Shown here: one piece after another, positions 8,956-17,035 of the stretch | Layout of the letters: every line of letters starts with the position of its first letter | How positions within the stretch are numbered: the stretch's first letter is position 1 | Source: a virus | IMG/VR virus record: IMGVR_UViG_3300028584_001239 | Direction: 5' to 3' (one strand) | DNA length: 22,431 bases | Made by a program: the position numbers and the translations under genes | The notes under the pieces: model-generated | What the model was told of the DNA's origin: nothing | The model's input: only the letters and a program-made list of their open reading frames with translations | Databases searched by the model: none

Positions 8956-9010
8956 TTGACATCATCTATTGACAATTGACATCAATTAGTGTAAATATAT
9001 ATATACATCA
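8956..9010 (+). promoter_or_regulatory. promoter/operator region of the HTH-vWA operon
   Basis: Three TTGACA hexamers (8956, 8969, 8976). TTGACATCA direct repeat (8956, 8976). Dyad AATTGA-CA-TCAATT (8974-8987). ACATCA again at 9005-9010. Confidence 0.55.
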
Positions 9011-9024
9011 ACGGAGTAACCAAT

Positions 9025-9717
9025 ATGCTAAAACAATATACACTTGATCAGCTTGTTGACGAAGTAAACCGAATTATAGCAGAAACGAAAGAGAATGTCC
9101 AGAATGCAGATGGCCGACTCTCTGAAACAATTACTGTAAGGAAAGTTCGAGACTTGCTGGCTAAACGACTGATCAACCCACCAGCCAAAGATGGTCGTCA
9201 AAACTATTTTGACGATGGACATGTAGAACAAATTTTAAACATTAAATCCCTTCAAAAAGAAGGTGCAAGCGAAAAATTGCTAAGAGGACTGAGTTCAGGT
9301 GCATATCTTAATGTAAGTGAACAAGAAGTGGCGACAAATGATTACACAGACAAAGACAGTGATTTAAAAGCCAATGCAATGAGTGTATTAAATTCTATTA
9401 CAGCCAGAAGCATGGGTAATAAAGGTGCCAGTTTAGAAAGTCCATCAGGCACCATTATGCCACAGGTCATGGCTAACTCTTCACTAAAAAGAGGAACAAT
9501 GGAAAGCATTATTTTAGGTGCTTCTTGTCATGGAAATGATCTCTTTAAAGCTGGAACGAGTTACATAGATTCTCACAAGACAAGTGTTAAGGTGTTCAGT
9601 GAATATCCACTTGATGATAACGGAAAGTTGTTTTTAAAGATGGAACAAGGTTTTACAGTAACAAACAAAGAAGAAATGCTCGAAAAAATTAAACAAATAT
9701 TAGGACTAGGAGAATAA
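9025..9717 (+). CDS. MerR-like winged-HTH DNA-binding protein
   Basis: N-terminal YTLDQL...TVRKVRDLLAKRLINPPAKDGRQNYFDDGHVEQILNIKSLQKEG matches the MerR-type HTH pattern. GGAG RBS. Confidence 0.7.
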   Translation: MLKQYTLDQLVDEVNRIIAETKENVQNADGRLSETITVRKVRDLLAKRLINPPAKDGRQNYFDDGHVEQILNIKSLQKEGASEKLLRGLSSGAYLNVSEQEVATNDYTDKDSDLKANAMSVLNSITARSMGNKGASLESPSGTIMPQVMANSSLKRGTMESIILGASCHGNDLFKAGTSYIDSHKTSVKVFSEYPLDDNGKLFLKMEQGFTVTNKEEMLEKIKQILGLGE

Positions 9718-9719
9718 TC

Positions 9720-11090
9720 ATGATCAACATAAAATATTTTACAGAAAAAGCTGCTCTAAATAACCAAGCGAAATCAGGACTTTTCCTAGTTGAACTTGAA
9801 GGCGTGAAAAAAGCAGTAAACAAAGCTATCAAAAGACAAAAACTTAATCTCAGCTTAGTGATTGACGTATCAGGTTCCATGCAAGAATTTATTTCACATT
9901 CCCACGGAGTCGAAATAAACTCAACTTTGCAAACAAGAATGGGAATGCAGGCAATGTTAGGTAATCCATTCCACCAGTTTCCAGAAAGTGGTGTTATTCG
10001 TCAACCGTCTATGAGCAAAATGGAACTCGTAAAAAAAGCAGCTATCAAAGCAGTTGAAAGCTTAAAAGAGGGTGACTTTGTATCCCTTGTAGTCTTCCAC
10101 TCTTCGGCCTCTGTTGTTAAAGATGCAACAAAAGTAACATCAGAATCAAAACTAGAAATGATCAGAGCGATTAGCGAATTACGTGCTAACGGCGGAACAA
10201 ACTTGCATTCTGGTTGGTTGTCTGGTGCCACCGAAGTGGTTAAAAACTTGAAAGATAAATACATCAACCGTGTAATGGTATTAACCGATGGTGAAACCAT
10301 GTCTGGTGTTGTCGATCCAAAAGAGATTGCAAAAGATGTAGCCGCTATCTACAAAAGTGGTGTAAGCACATCAACCTTTGGTGTTGGTAATCGTTTTAAT
10401 GAAACATTACTTCAATCAATGAGTGATACTGGTGGTGGTAACTTCTACTACATCAAAGACGAAAAAGAATTCGATCAGATGTTCTCAGAAGAATTTACAG
10501 GTATGGCTAACGTTGCTGCGACTGAAATTACATTACAACTTCAATTAGCAGAAGGTTTTAAAATTGCTGAACAAATGAACAGCTATGAAGCGACTGATGG
10601 TGTTTACAAGCTTTCAAACGTATTATCAGGTAACAAATTGTCAGTATTGTTCAAATTAGACACTGAATTTGGTGCTAAACCAGCAACTCATGTCATCTTA
10701 GGTGAATTAGCAATAGAATACAAAGATGAGAACGGAAACAAGGTAAATCAAGTCATCCAACTTGAAGCTGATGTATTAAGTCAAAAGAAATGGGAAAAAC
10801 TTGATTTTGTTCAAGAAGTGAAAATTCAAGAAACCTTGTTGATGATTGCTAAGAACAAATCTGAAGCATCTGCTGCCATTGCTGCTGGTAATCTTGAAGG
10901 TGCTAAAGGTCTTCTTCGTAGTGCTTCTGGAATGTTGGATTCTTGTGGTTATGCAGATGCTCGTATCTCTGCGTCAATGACCAGCTTAAACACAACATTA
11001 AGCAATGCTGATATCTTGGACTCAGAGTCATTCAAGAAGAACATGCATTATGAAGCGTATAAAACAAGAACGGGTAAAGACTTAGGTTAA
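9720..11090 (+). CDS. von Willebrand factor A (vWA) domain protein, YfbK/Ca-activated chloride channel-like
   Basis: MIDAS motif LVIDVSGSM, ANGGTNL, VMVLTDGE, STFGVG.RFNE.LL..M...GGGNFYYI; C-terminal helical region. Confidence 0.9.
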   Translation: MINIKYFTEKAALNNQAKSGLFLVELEGVKKAVNKAIKRQKLNLSLVIDVSGSMQEFISHSHGVEINSTLQTRMGMQAMLGNPFHQFPESGVIRQPSMSKMELVKKAAIKAVESLKEGDFVSLVVFHSSASVVKDATKVTSESKLEMIRAISELRANGGTNLHSGWLSGATEVVKNLKDKYINRVMVLTDGETMSGVVDPKEIAKDVAAIYKSGVSTSTFGVGNRFNETLLQSMSDTGGGNFYYIKDEKEFDQMFSEEFTGMANVAATEITLQLQLAEGFKIAEQMNSYEATDGVYKLSNVLSGNKLSVLFKLDTEFGAKPATHVILGELAIEYKDENGNKVNQVIQLEADVLSQKKWEKLDFVQEVKIQETLLMIAKNKSEASAAIAAGNLEGAKGLLRSASGMLDSCGYADARISASMTSLNTTLSNADILDSESFKKNMHYEAYKTRTGKDLG

Positions 11091-11102
11091 TACCAAAGAA
11101 AT

Positions 11103-11134
11103 AAAAAAGCCCTAGCAATTAGGGCTTTTTTTTT
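11103..11134. terminator. bidirectional intrinsic terminator between convergent genes
   Basis: aaaaaa-gcccta-gcaat-tagggc-ttttttttt. Confidence 0.9.
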
Positions 11135-11160
11135 CTACTAAAAAGTTATGAGAAATAACG

Positions 11161-11850
11161 TTAAACTAAAACCATACCAACCAATGAAAGGTTACGACGC
11201 AAATCTTCAATGTCATCATCGAGACTAATAACAATATCAGAATCATCTGGAATAGCATGTTGATTGATGTTCTTGATGAATTTATTAATGAATGCCATTT
11301 CATGCCCTTCAAACAAATTGACAACATCAGTTCGTTCATCTTTTTCAACGGTTTTTGACAAATGTTTAAAACGGGGTTCGATACCAAGAATTTTAATATT
11401 ATCTTGGAAAATACTAAGGCTTGGTGAAAAAATGTTGTTCATAAAACTATCCAACGGTCTACTGATAGATGCTTGTCCCATGTAAATGACTTCAACACTG
11501 ACATAGAATGTAGATAGAATAAGAGAAAGTTTTTCAAAATATTGATTAAATATTGTTCGTTCTTCTGGAAAAACAAAATCGAATTGTTTTTTTGATGAAT
11601 AAATAGAGCGATAGAATTGAATTTCTGATTGAGCCTTAGAAATGAGATTGATGTAAAACTTAGCCGTTTCCGGTTCGGAAATGACAACACCTTTATTGTA
11701 ATCTACCATCAAAAAGTCTTCTGCTTTTACAGGCATATTAAAATACTTAGTAAATGTTTTTGCCAGCACTTTTGAATTGCGTTTCAATAACTCTCGGCTT
11801 GCTTCCAGTTGTTTGTCAAGCGGAGCACCACCTGTCCATTCTTTTGTCAT
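11161..11850 (-). CDS. hypothetical ~229-aa protein with C-terminal Met(-4) motif
   Basis: Probable start ATG 11850 (GAGGA RBS; the track's TTG start at 11877 overlaps the -10 box). Ends DDDIEDLRRNLSLVGMVLV*. Confidence 0.8.
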   Translation of the reverse strand: MTKEWTGGAPLDKQLEASRELLKRNSKVLAKTFTKYFNMPVKAEDFLMVDYNKGVVISEPETAKFYINLISKAQSEIQFYRSIYSSKKQFDFVFPEERTIFNQYFEKLSLILSTFYVSVEVIYMGQASISRPLDSFMNNIFSPSLSIFQDNIKILGIEPRFKHLSKTVEKDERTDVVNLFEGHEMAFINKFIKNINQHAIPDDSDIVISLDDDIEDLRRNLSLVGMVLV

Positions 11851-11876
11851 GACTAAAAATCCTCTTAATTTCGGCA

Positions 11877-11905
11877 ATTATACCAAACTAAAAGGATTTA
11901 TTCAA
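11877..11905 (-). promoter_or_regulatory. extended -10 sigma70 promoter
   Basis: TTGAAT-N17(TG-G)-TATAAT. Confidence 0.8.
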
Positions 11906-11919
11906 GACAATCTGACAAG

Positions 11920-12510
11920 TTATTCGATAGGAGTTTCGCCAGCTTTAATGAGTTGATAATTTTTCCATTCTTTCGCAATGACTTCATAAGGCAAATAGAA
12001 CGAGACATTATACGTTCCTTCACCATATTTTAAGGGTTCAAGACCTAACTCAGTAGTCATACCAATCACTTCACCAGAAGCATTAGTTACTGGCCCACCG
12101 GGCATTCCGGGGATAATGGTTACATCCACAGCACGGTAAGCAGGAACAGCATAATTACCTTTTTGTACGGTAACGCCCATATCGTGGCCTTTTAACTGAT
12201 AATATTTATTTCCTGCATATCCACTCATGGTTGCTGGATCATTGCTGACAAATTTTGTCCATACAGGCACTTTACTGGATTGGTGTTTAAAGAATTGAAC
12301 ATCATAACGATCAGACACATAAACCCGCGTGTCTATTTGTTTAACATGCCTAACAGTCACAGCATGTTCTGCGTCCCACTGAACATAAGTGAAGCGATCA
12401 ATACCTGACCGCATATCACCCACTTCTTTATCCATTGTGCAACCGGCTAATGAAACAGTTAATGCAACAGCAGCCCATTTAAGCATTGATTTCGTTTTTC
12501 CAAGATTCAT
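11920..12510 (-). CDS. lipoprotein with a trypsin-like (S1) peptidase fold, catalytic Ser replaced by Pro
   Basis: Lipobox SLAG-C, TVRHV (His), RYDVQF (Asp), PGMPGGPVTNASGEVIGM corresponding to the G.SGGP motif. Confidence 0.75.
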   Translation of the reverse strand: MNLGKTKSMLKWAAVALTVSLAGCTMDKEVGDMRSGIDRFTYVQWDAEHAVTVRHVKQIDTRVYVSDRYDVQFFKHQSSKVPVWTKFVSNDPATMSGYAGNKYYQLKGHDMGVTVQKGNYAVPAYRAVDVTIIPGMPGGPVTNASGEVIGMTTELGLEPLKYGEGTYNVSFYLPYEVIAKEWKNYQLIKAGETPIE

Positions 12511-12658
12511 CCTTTCCTCGCTTGATGTGTTTGTTAGTTTCTGCTTTTACTTCCATTTCTGGACTATCAAAATAGCAACCACGAACAACACCGTTTTTCT
12601 TCCCGTACAACTTGACCAAGGCACGTTGCCATTTTTTGAGTTCTCGGCTTGCTTTCAT
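12479..12658 (-). CDS. small basic hypothetical protein (59 aa), missing from the ORF track
   Basis: GAGGTG RBS 5 nt before ATG 12658: MKASRELKKWQRALVKLYGKKNGVVRGCYFDSPEMEVKAETNKHIKRGKDESWKNEINA*. It fills the gap between two genes. Confidence 0.65.
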   Translation of the reverse strand: MKASRELKKWQRALVKLYGKKNGVVRGCYFDSPEMEVKAETNKHIKRGKDESWKNEINA

Positions 12659-12669
12659 TTTGACACCTC

Positions 12670-12960
12670 TTATCGTGTTTTCTTCTGTTCTTGTTTGCCT
12701 TGTCGAATAAGCTTACTTTCTTTTTTATTTGGGACATGGCCCATTGAATCATAAATACGCTTAACAATCGCTTTCAATTCTTTTTTCTTAACATGTTCAA
12801 CAACTTCTTCTCCATCCATATCGGTTTTGTAAGCATTGGCAATAAGTTGCTTACGAAGATATTCATAAAGTTGTTTGACTTGTTTAACATGCAATCCCTC
12901 AACAAAAGTCTTAAACTCTTCGGCTGTCATTTTCATGTATTTATCAATTTCAATGTTCAT
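12670..12960 (-). CDS. small basic hypothetical protein (~96 aa)
   Basis: GGAG RBS 5 nt before ATG 12960; Lys-rich C-terminus. Confidence 0.75.
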   Translation of the reverse strand: MNIEIDKYMKMTAEEFKTFVEGLHVKQVKQLYEYLRKQLIANAYKTDMDGEEVVEHVKKKELKAIVKRIYDSMGHVPNKKESKLIRQGKQEQKKTR

Positions 12961-12990
12961 AATCACTCCAATCTTTTTAAGTAGTGGTCT

Positions 12991-13019
12991 ATTCTATCAA
13001 AATAACACAAAATTAGCAA
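12991..13019 (-). promoter_or_regulatory. extended -10 sigma70 promoter
   Basis: TTGCTA-N17(TG-A)-TAGAAT. Confidence 0.7.
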
Positions 13020-13078
13020 ATTAAATAACCGAACTGAACTGAAAATTCGCTTTTCGAGTTTAAGTATTCATAATAACT

Positions 13079-14284
13079 TCAAATTGTAGCCATGTGGTGA
13101 ACCAGAAGATGAGCATTAGTAATTTCATTTTTAGGCATCCCCATAATTGCCTCAATGCTTGAAATGACATGCTGTTTATACGTTTCATATAAGTTTTCAA
13201 AACCATCAGATCTAAATTTTGAAGCCTTATGACTATGAAACATACGCTCTTCCACTTCAATGATATCTGAAAATGAAATATGGAGGTCAAAAACACTAAT
13301 TTTTAGGTAGCAATGATTCAACAATGATTCTTTTTGTAGTGTTGTAATATGATTTCGAATAATGGTGATAACATCATTGACTGTAATCTTATTTTCAATT
13401 TTCATTTTAAACACATACAGTTCAATAATTTGAAACATCAAATCAAGATCTTTTTCTTTAATCAGACTTTTCAATAAAGGTTTGATGTGTCGTAATTCTG
13501 GGTGTGCAAACTTTATACCCACTACATGGTCACTGTTCAAATCTCGCTCAATTTCCTTGGCATATTCACTGTTATACATCTTTTTAATATTCATTTTGTA
13601 GTTTTGTGAATAAATATCAAGTGAAGGCATTTTAGAACGAACGACATTGTTTTTACCAAACTCAACAGCGGCTTGAACAAATCCTAGATCGGTAATCCGA
13701 TTTAACACAGCAGCATCGTTTTTACGCCAAAAATAATCATCGACACCTTCGTTAACAATAGTATTGATAACTTTGTTATCAATGTCAATAATATCCTCAA
13801 AATACATGTTTACATTACGTTTAAATGATTTTTTGAGTGAATACATGATATCGTGAAAATCAGTGTCCAGCGGGCGAATAAAGACATGGGTAAGGTTGCT
13901 GCCACGAATAGCAAACGAGTCAGCTTTAATTTCTACATAAAAGATTTCAGAAGTAATACTAAATTCATTAGCATCAAATGAAATTGAAAAGTTCATTGAA
14001 TTTTTAACAGAGTAAGTCTCATCACCAAAGACATTTGCCATAAAAACCAAAAAAGAAGACAATTCTTTAATTTCTGTTGGATTGAAATTAGGGAAAACGA
14101 TCTCTAAAAACTCACTAGGCTTGCAGGTTAAGTTACAGAACCCATCAGTTAATTGTGCGTCAGTAAATTTCATCATCTGTTTATCAACTTTTGCGTTAGA
14201 CTGTTCAAACCCGGCTGCATTGAAGTCATCAAGCAATACGGCAATATTACCTAGAAAGCTTCTAATAGTTTTTTGAGATTTCAT
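13079..14284 (-). CDS. hypothetical 401-aa protein, family B, with C-terminal Met(-4) motif
   Basis: Colinear similarity to 210..1412. Ends NEITNAHLLVHHMATI*. Confidence 0.85.
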   Translation of the reverse strand: MKSQKTIRSFLGNIAVLLDDFNAAGFEQSNAKVDKQMMKFTDAQLTDGFCNLTCKPSEFLEIVFPNFNPTEIKELSSFLVFMANVFGDETYSVKNSMNFSISFDANEFSITSEIFYVEIKADSFAIRGSNLTHVFIRPLDTDFHDIMYSLKKSFKRNVNMYFEDIIDIDNKVINTIVNEGVDDYFWRKNDAAVLNRITDLGFVQAAVEFGKNNVVRSKMPSLDIYSQNYKMNIKKMYNSEYAKEIERDLNSDHVVGIKFAHPELRHIKPLLKSLIKEKDLDLMFQIIELYVFKMKIENKITVNDVITIIRNHITTLQKESLLNHCYLKISVFDLHISFSDIIEVEERMFHSHKASKFRSDGFENLYETYKQHVISSIEAIMGMPKNEITNAHLLVHHMATI

Positions 14285-14313
14285 TGGTGGAGTACCTATT
14301 CTGAATTTTCAAT

Positions 14314-14342
14314 AGTATATCAAAAATAGGTAAAAAAGGCAA
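14314..14342 (-). promoter_or_regulatory. extended -10 sigma70 promoter
   Basis: TTGCCT-N17(TG-A)-TATACT. Confidence 0.75.
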
Positions 14343-14343
14343 T

Positions 14344-14368
14344 AAAAAACCAAGAACATATCTTGGTT
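14344..14368 (-). terminator. intrinsic terminator after 14396..14770
   Basis: Minus strand AACCAAGA-TATGT-TCTTGGTT-TTTT. Confidence 0.75.
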
Positions 14369-14395
14369 AATTCAATTGTGGAAAGATTAAGATGT

Positions 14396-14770
14396 TTATT
14401 TTCCAAAAATAAACGTTAAGGATTCATCAGAACTTTTATTTAATACATCAATGATGTCATCAATATCCATACTGTCCAGCTTCTTGGTTGTAGAACGCTC
14501 AATAATGACCTTCTTGCGATTGTCATTAACATCAACATCAACATGCACAATAAAGTCACGTTTGATACCATCTAAGTGATTACGAACAGCTTCAAACAAA
14601 TCACCCGTTTCTTCAAATTCAAAAAAAGCAGATTCAAGATCGGGACAATGATCATCAATATCGGAAGTCTTGAACATATCTTTTAAATCAGGTTTAAATC
14701 CACCTATCATCAAGGTTAAAAGTTGTTCATTGACAAAGTTTACAAAGTCACTACGTTTTAGCTTACTCAT
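14396..14770 (-). CDS. acidic hypothetical protein (124 aa)
   Basis: AAGGA RBS, with its own promoter and terminator. Confidence 0.8.
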   Translation of the reverse strand: MSKLKRSDFVNFVNEQLLTLMIGGFKPDLKDMFKTSDIDDHCPDLESAFFEFEETGDLFEAVRNHLDGIKRDFIVHVDVDVNDNRKKVIIERSTTKKLDSMDIDDIIDVLNKSSDESLTFIFGK

Positions 14771-14796
14771 TAAATTTTCCTTATGTATTTGTTATA

Positions 14797-14824
14797 ATTA
14801 TACCTAAATAATTAAGTTAATCAA
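14797..14824 (-). promoter_or_regulatory. sigma70 promoter
   Basis: TTGATT-N16-TATAAT, no TG extension. Confidence 0.6.
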
Positions 14825-14825
14825 C

Positions 14826-14850
14826 AAAAAAGAGGCCGAAGCCCCTTTTT
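14826..14850 (-). terminator. intrinsic terminator with a cUUCGg tetraloop after the HD gene
   Basis: Minus strand AAAAAGGGGC-TTCG-GCCTCTTTTTT. Confidence 0.9.
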
Positions 14851-14863
14851 ATTAGTAAGACAA

Positions 14864-15643
14864 TTATTTGTCGATGAAGTCAATTTGTGACGTTTTACCA
14901 TAAAGCAGTTCTTTATGAACATCTTTTGCAACATCCCAGTTAAACTGCGGATAAAGTGCTTTCGCAGCTTCGGCACGTTGAAGGTAGTTGGTTTGACGTT
15001 CAATCAAGATACCATAAATGGCGTCATTGTTTTCGTTATCACTAATTTCGCTCAGGAACCCCTTAACCTTTTCAATACTTTCAGCACAACCAGCCAAGCC
15101 TTTGATGTTATCTTCAACCAACATAGTAAGCGAACTCAAAGCCTCAATCACTTTACGGTTCTGGTCTTGACGTTGAATATAGCTCTTACCTTCTACATAA
15201 ATAAACTTAACCGCTTCAAGCACGTCAGCCAACTTAGCAATAACGGCCAAATAAGTTCCCGAGATACGATTTTTCAGTTCTTTATACTCAGGACATAGAG
15301 CTTCTTCAATCAAGTCGAGTGGTGATTCACCATCTGGAAAGAGTGATTCAAGCAAACGCTTCACTGGTGTTGCCATGTCACCTGTCAATACTTCTGGCAA
15401 GTCGTGAAAAAGGCAGTATTCCATCAAAAGCAGTTTTTCGGAGTCCGTTGCATTCGGATTAATACGGTTCAAGATGTCACGGGCATACATAGCAACAAGA
15501 AAACTGTGTTCTGCAATAGATGGATAACGAAGGCAGTTGACTGAGTGCCAACGAGTAACAGTGGACGAACGAGCAATATCTTGAATTTTGAATTCACCGG
15601 AACCTTTAATTTGCAACATGCTCGCAATCATCGAATTTTGCAT
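14864..15643 (-). CDS. HD-domain phosphohydrolase, YfbR 5'-deoxynucleotidase / DatZ-like
   Basis: TRWHSV..SIAEHSFLVA..LFHDLPEVLTGDMATPVK..AKLADVLEA, the R..H..HD.E..GD..P.K..D pattern of the YfbR family. Confidence 0.85.
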   Translation of the reverse strand: MQNSMIASMLQIKGSGEFKIQDIARSSTVTRWHSVNCLRYPSIAEHSFLVAMYARDILNRINPNATDSEKLLLMEYCLFHDLPEVLTGDMATPVKRLLESLFPDGESPLDLIEEALCPEYKELKNRISGTYLAVIAKLADVLEAVKFIYVEGKSYIQRQDQNRKVIEALSSLTMLVEDNIKGLAGCAESIEKVKGFLSEISDNENNDAIYGILIERQTNYLQRAEAAKALYPQFNWDVAKDVHKELLYGKTSQIDFIDK

Positions 15644-15676
15644 ATATATACCTCTATTGGTTTATTAGATGCAATG

Positions 15677-15705
15677 ATTATAACAAAAAAATCCCTTTAA
15701 AACAA
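15677..15705 (-). promoter_or_regulatory. extended -10 sigma70 promoter
   Basis: TTGTTT-N17(TG-T)-TATAAT. Confidence 0.7.
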
Positions 15706-15788
15706 GCATTTATTGATAAATATATGAATTTTATGCAAAAAAAATAGCCTAAAATAAGCATTTTAAGCCACTATTTCTATTTTTTAAG

Positions 15789-16151
15789 TTAACTGAGCAG
15801 GGTGATGACAAAAAACACAAAATCGACCATAGCAAAAATGAAAACAAAACGAGCTGTTGATTTCAATTTAATGTAATCTTTTCGTTTAACAAACTCGTCA
15901 TAAGTATTCATAAAATCATTCATGGTTTCAGAACCATAAAGAACTTCTTTAAGATCATTATAAATAGAAAAAGCACGAAGGTGAATAAAGATATAACCAA
16001 AAAGAACCGAACACACGACCAGTTTAAAATAAGATCCAGTATGCTGGACCATGAAAAAGGCATAAGAAAACATGACAATGACTGCAAAATAAAGCTGTAT
16101 GAAAGAACGAGTAGCTTCTAATTTCCATCCTACACGAATTGATTCTAACAT
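15789..16151 (-). CDS. small membrane protein (about 3 TM segments), paralog of 16214..16579
   Basis: Three hydrophobic stretches; motifs MLESI..G.K.EA.RSFI and RKDY.K; GGGAG RBS. Confidence 0.8.
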   Translation of the reverse strand: MLESIRVGWKLEATRSFIQLYFAVIVMFSYAFFMVQHTGSYFKLVVCSVLFGYIFIHLRAFSIYNDLKEVLYGSETMNDFMNTYDEFVKRKDYIKLKSTARFVFIFAMVDFVFFVITLLS

Positions 16152-16213
16152 GTTTAATTACTCCCATAAATGGTATATAACTATATTAAAGATCAAAAAA
16201 TATTTTATACAAG

Positions 16214-16579
16214 TTATAAAGCAGTAAGAATCCTAAAAATCCAGAACAAGTCAAGAGTTGCCCAACCAATCAGAAAGACAGTGACTTTTCTAAATTTAAG
16301 ATAGTCTTTACGTTCAATATAAGCAGAATAAGCCTTATCAAATGCATCAAACGAATTAGATTCATTAAGTACATTTTTAAAATCATTCAAAAGCATGAAA
16401 ACTTTCAGGTAATAAAAGCAATAAATGAAGAATGGTACATATAAGACAATGCGAGAGATACTATCACCAACAAAATATTTTAAAATAGCAAAAATTGACA
16501 TAATGGCAAAAGAAACAAAAAAAATAATAAATGAACGTGATGCATCAATTTTCAAACCTGTAGCAATAGAATTCAACAT
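16214..16579 (-). CDS. small membrane protein (about 3 TM segments), paralog of 15789..16151
   Basis: Motifs MLNSI..G.K.DA.RSFI, NDFK.VL, RKDYLK; AGGAG RBS. Confidence 0.8.
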   Translation of the reverse strand: MLNSIATGLKIDASRSFIIFFVSFAIMSIFAILKYFVGDSISRIVLYVPFFIYCFYYLKVFMLLNDFKNVLNESNSFDAFDKAYSAYIERKDYLKFRKVTVFLIGWATLDLFWIFRILTAL

Positions 16580-16606
16580 ACAATACTCCTTGAAAAGATT
16601 TCGAGT

Positions 16607-16635
16607 AGTATATCAAAAAAGACAGAAATCTTCAA
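16607..16635 (-). promoter_or_regulatory. extended -10 sigma70 promoter
   Basis: TTGAAG-N17(TG-A)-TATACT. Confidence 0.7.
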
Positions 16636-16638
16636 GGT

Positions 16639-16977
16639 TTATTTAATATTAGAGAGTCTGATATTAAATCCAGAATTAGAAACGAGAAAAACATAGAAAT
16701 CTTCATTGAATAAATTAATAAGATTTTCTAAACATTCTTGCCACTGTTTTAAAGTCATCTCAGTATTATCTTCAATGTAATATTGCTCAACAAAGTTGGG
16801 AATGAGGCTAGGAGAAATACGAAATAAAACAAAGGTGTCAGCTTCAAAGTAAAGAACCATATCATCACCATGAAGGCGTCGAAGTTCTTTCACATTATTA
16901 AGCCATTGGGATAGTTTTACAACATCACCAGAAATGGTGCTTTGGGGTATTGATTCTCTAATCGAGTGCATTCTCAT
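16639..16977 (-). CDS. hypothetical protein (~112 aa) with an apparent internal duplication
   Basis: AGGAG RBS 7 nt before ATG 16977. Internal similarity LSQWLNNVKELRRLHGDD versus LKQWQECLENLINLFNED. Confidence 0.75.
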   Translation of the reverse strand: MRMHSIRESIPQSTISGDVVKLSQWLNNVKELRRLHGDDMVLYFEADTFVLFRISPSLIPNFVEQYYIEDNTEMTLKQWQECLENLINLFNEDFYVFLVSNSGFNIRLSNIK

Positions 16978-16998
16978 ATGATATCTCCTGTTAATCAA

Positions 16999-17026
16999 AA
17001 GATATCATACGAAGAATATTTGTCAA
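16999..17026 (-). promoter_or_regulatory. sigma70 promoter
   Basis: TTGACA-N16(TG-A)-TATCTT. Confidence 0.6.
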
Positions 17027-17035
17027 AAATAGAGG

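Noticed and set aside
13037-13060. Weak hairpin aact-gaaaa-ttcgc-ttttc-g-agtt after 13079..14284
   Set aside because: AT-rich, imperfect stem with no clear U tract; not supportable as a terminator.
14864-15643. Calling the HD gene datZ and the element a Z-genome phage
   Set aside because: No purZ or mazZ in the window, and the motifs do not distinguish DatZ from YfbR-like nucleotidases.
15737-15776. Imperfect inverted repeat downstream of the membrane-protein pair
   Set aside because: Too many mismatches in AT-rich sequence to call a terminator with confidence.
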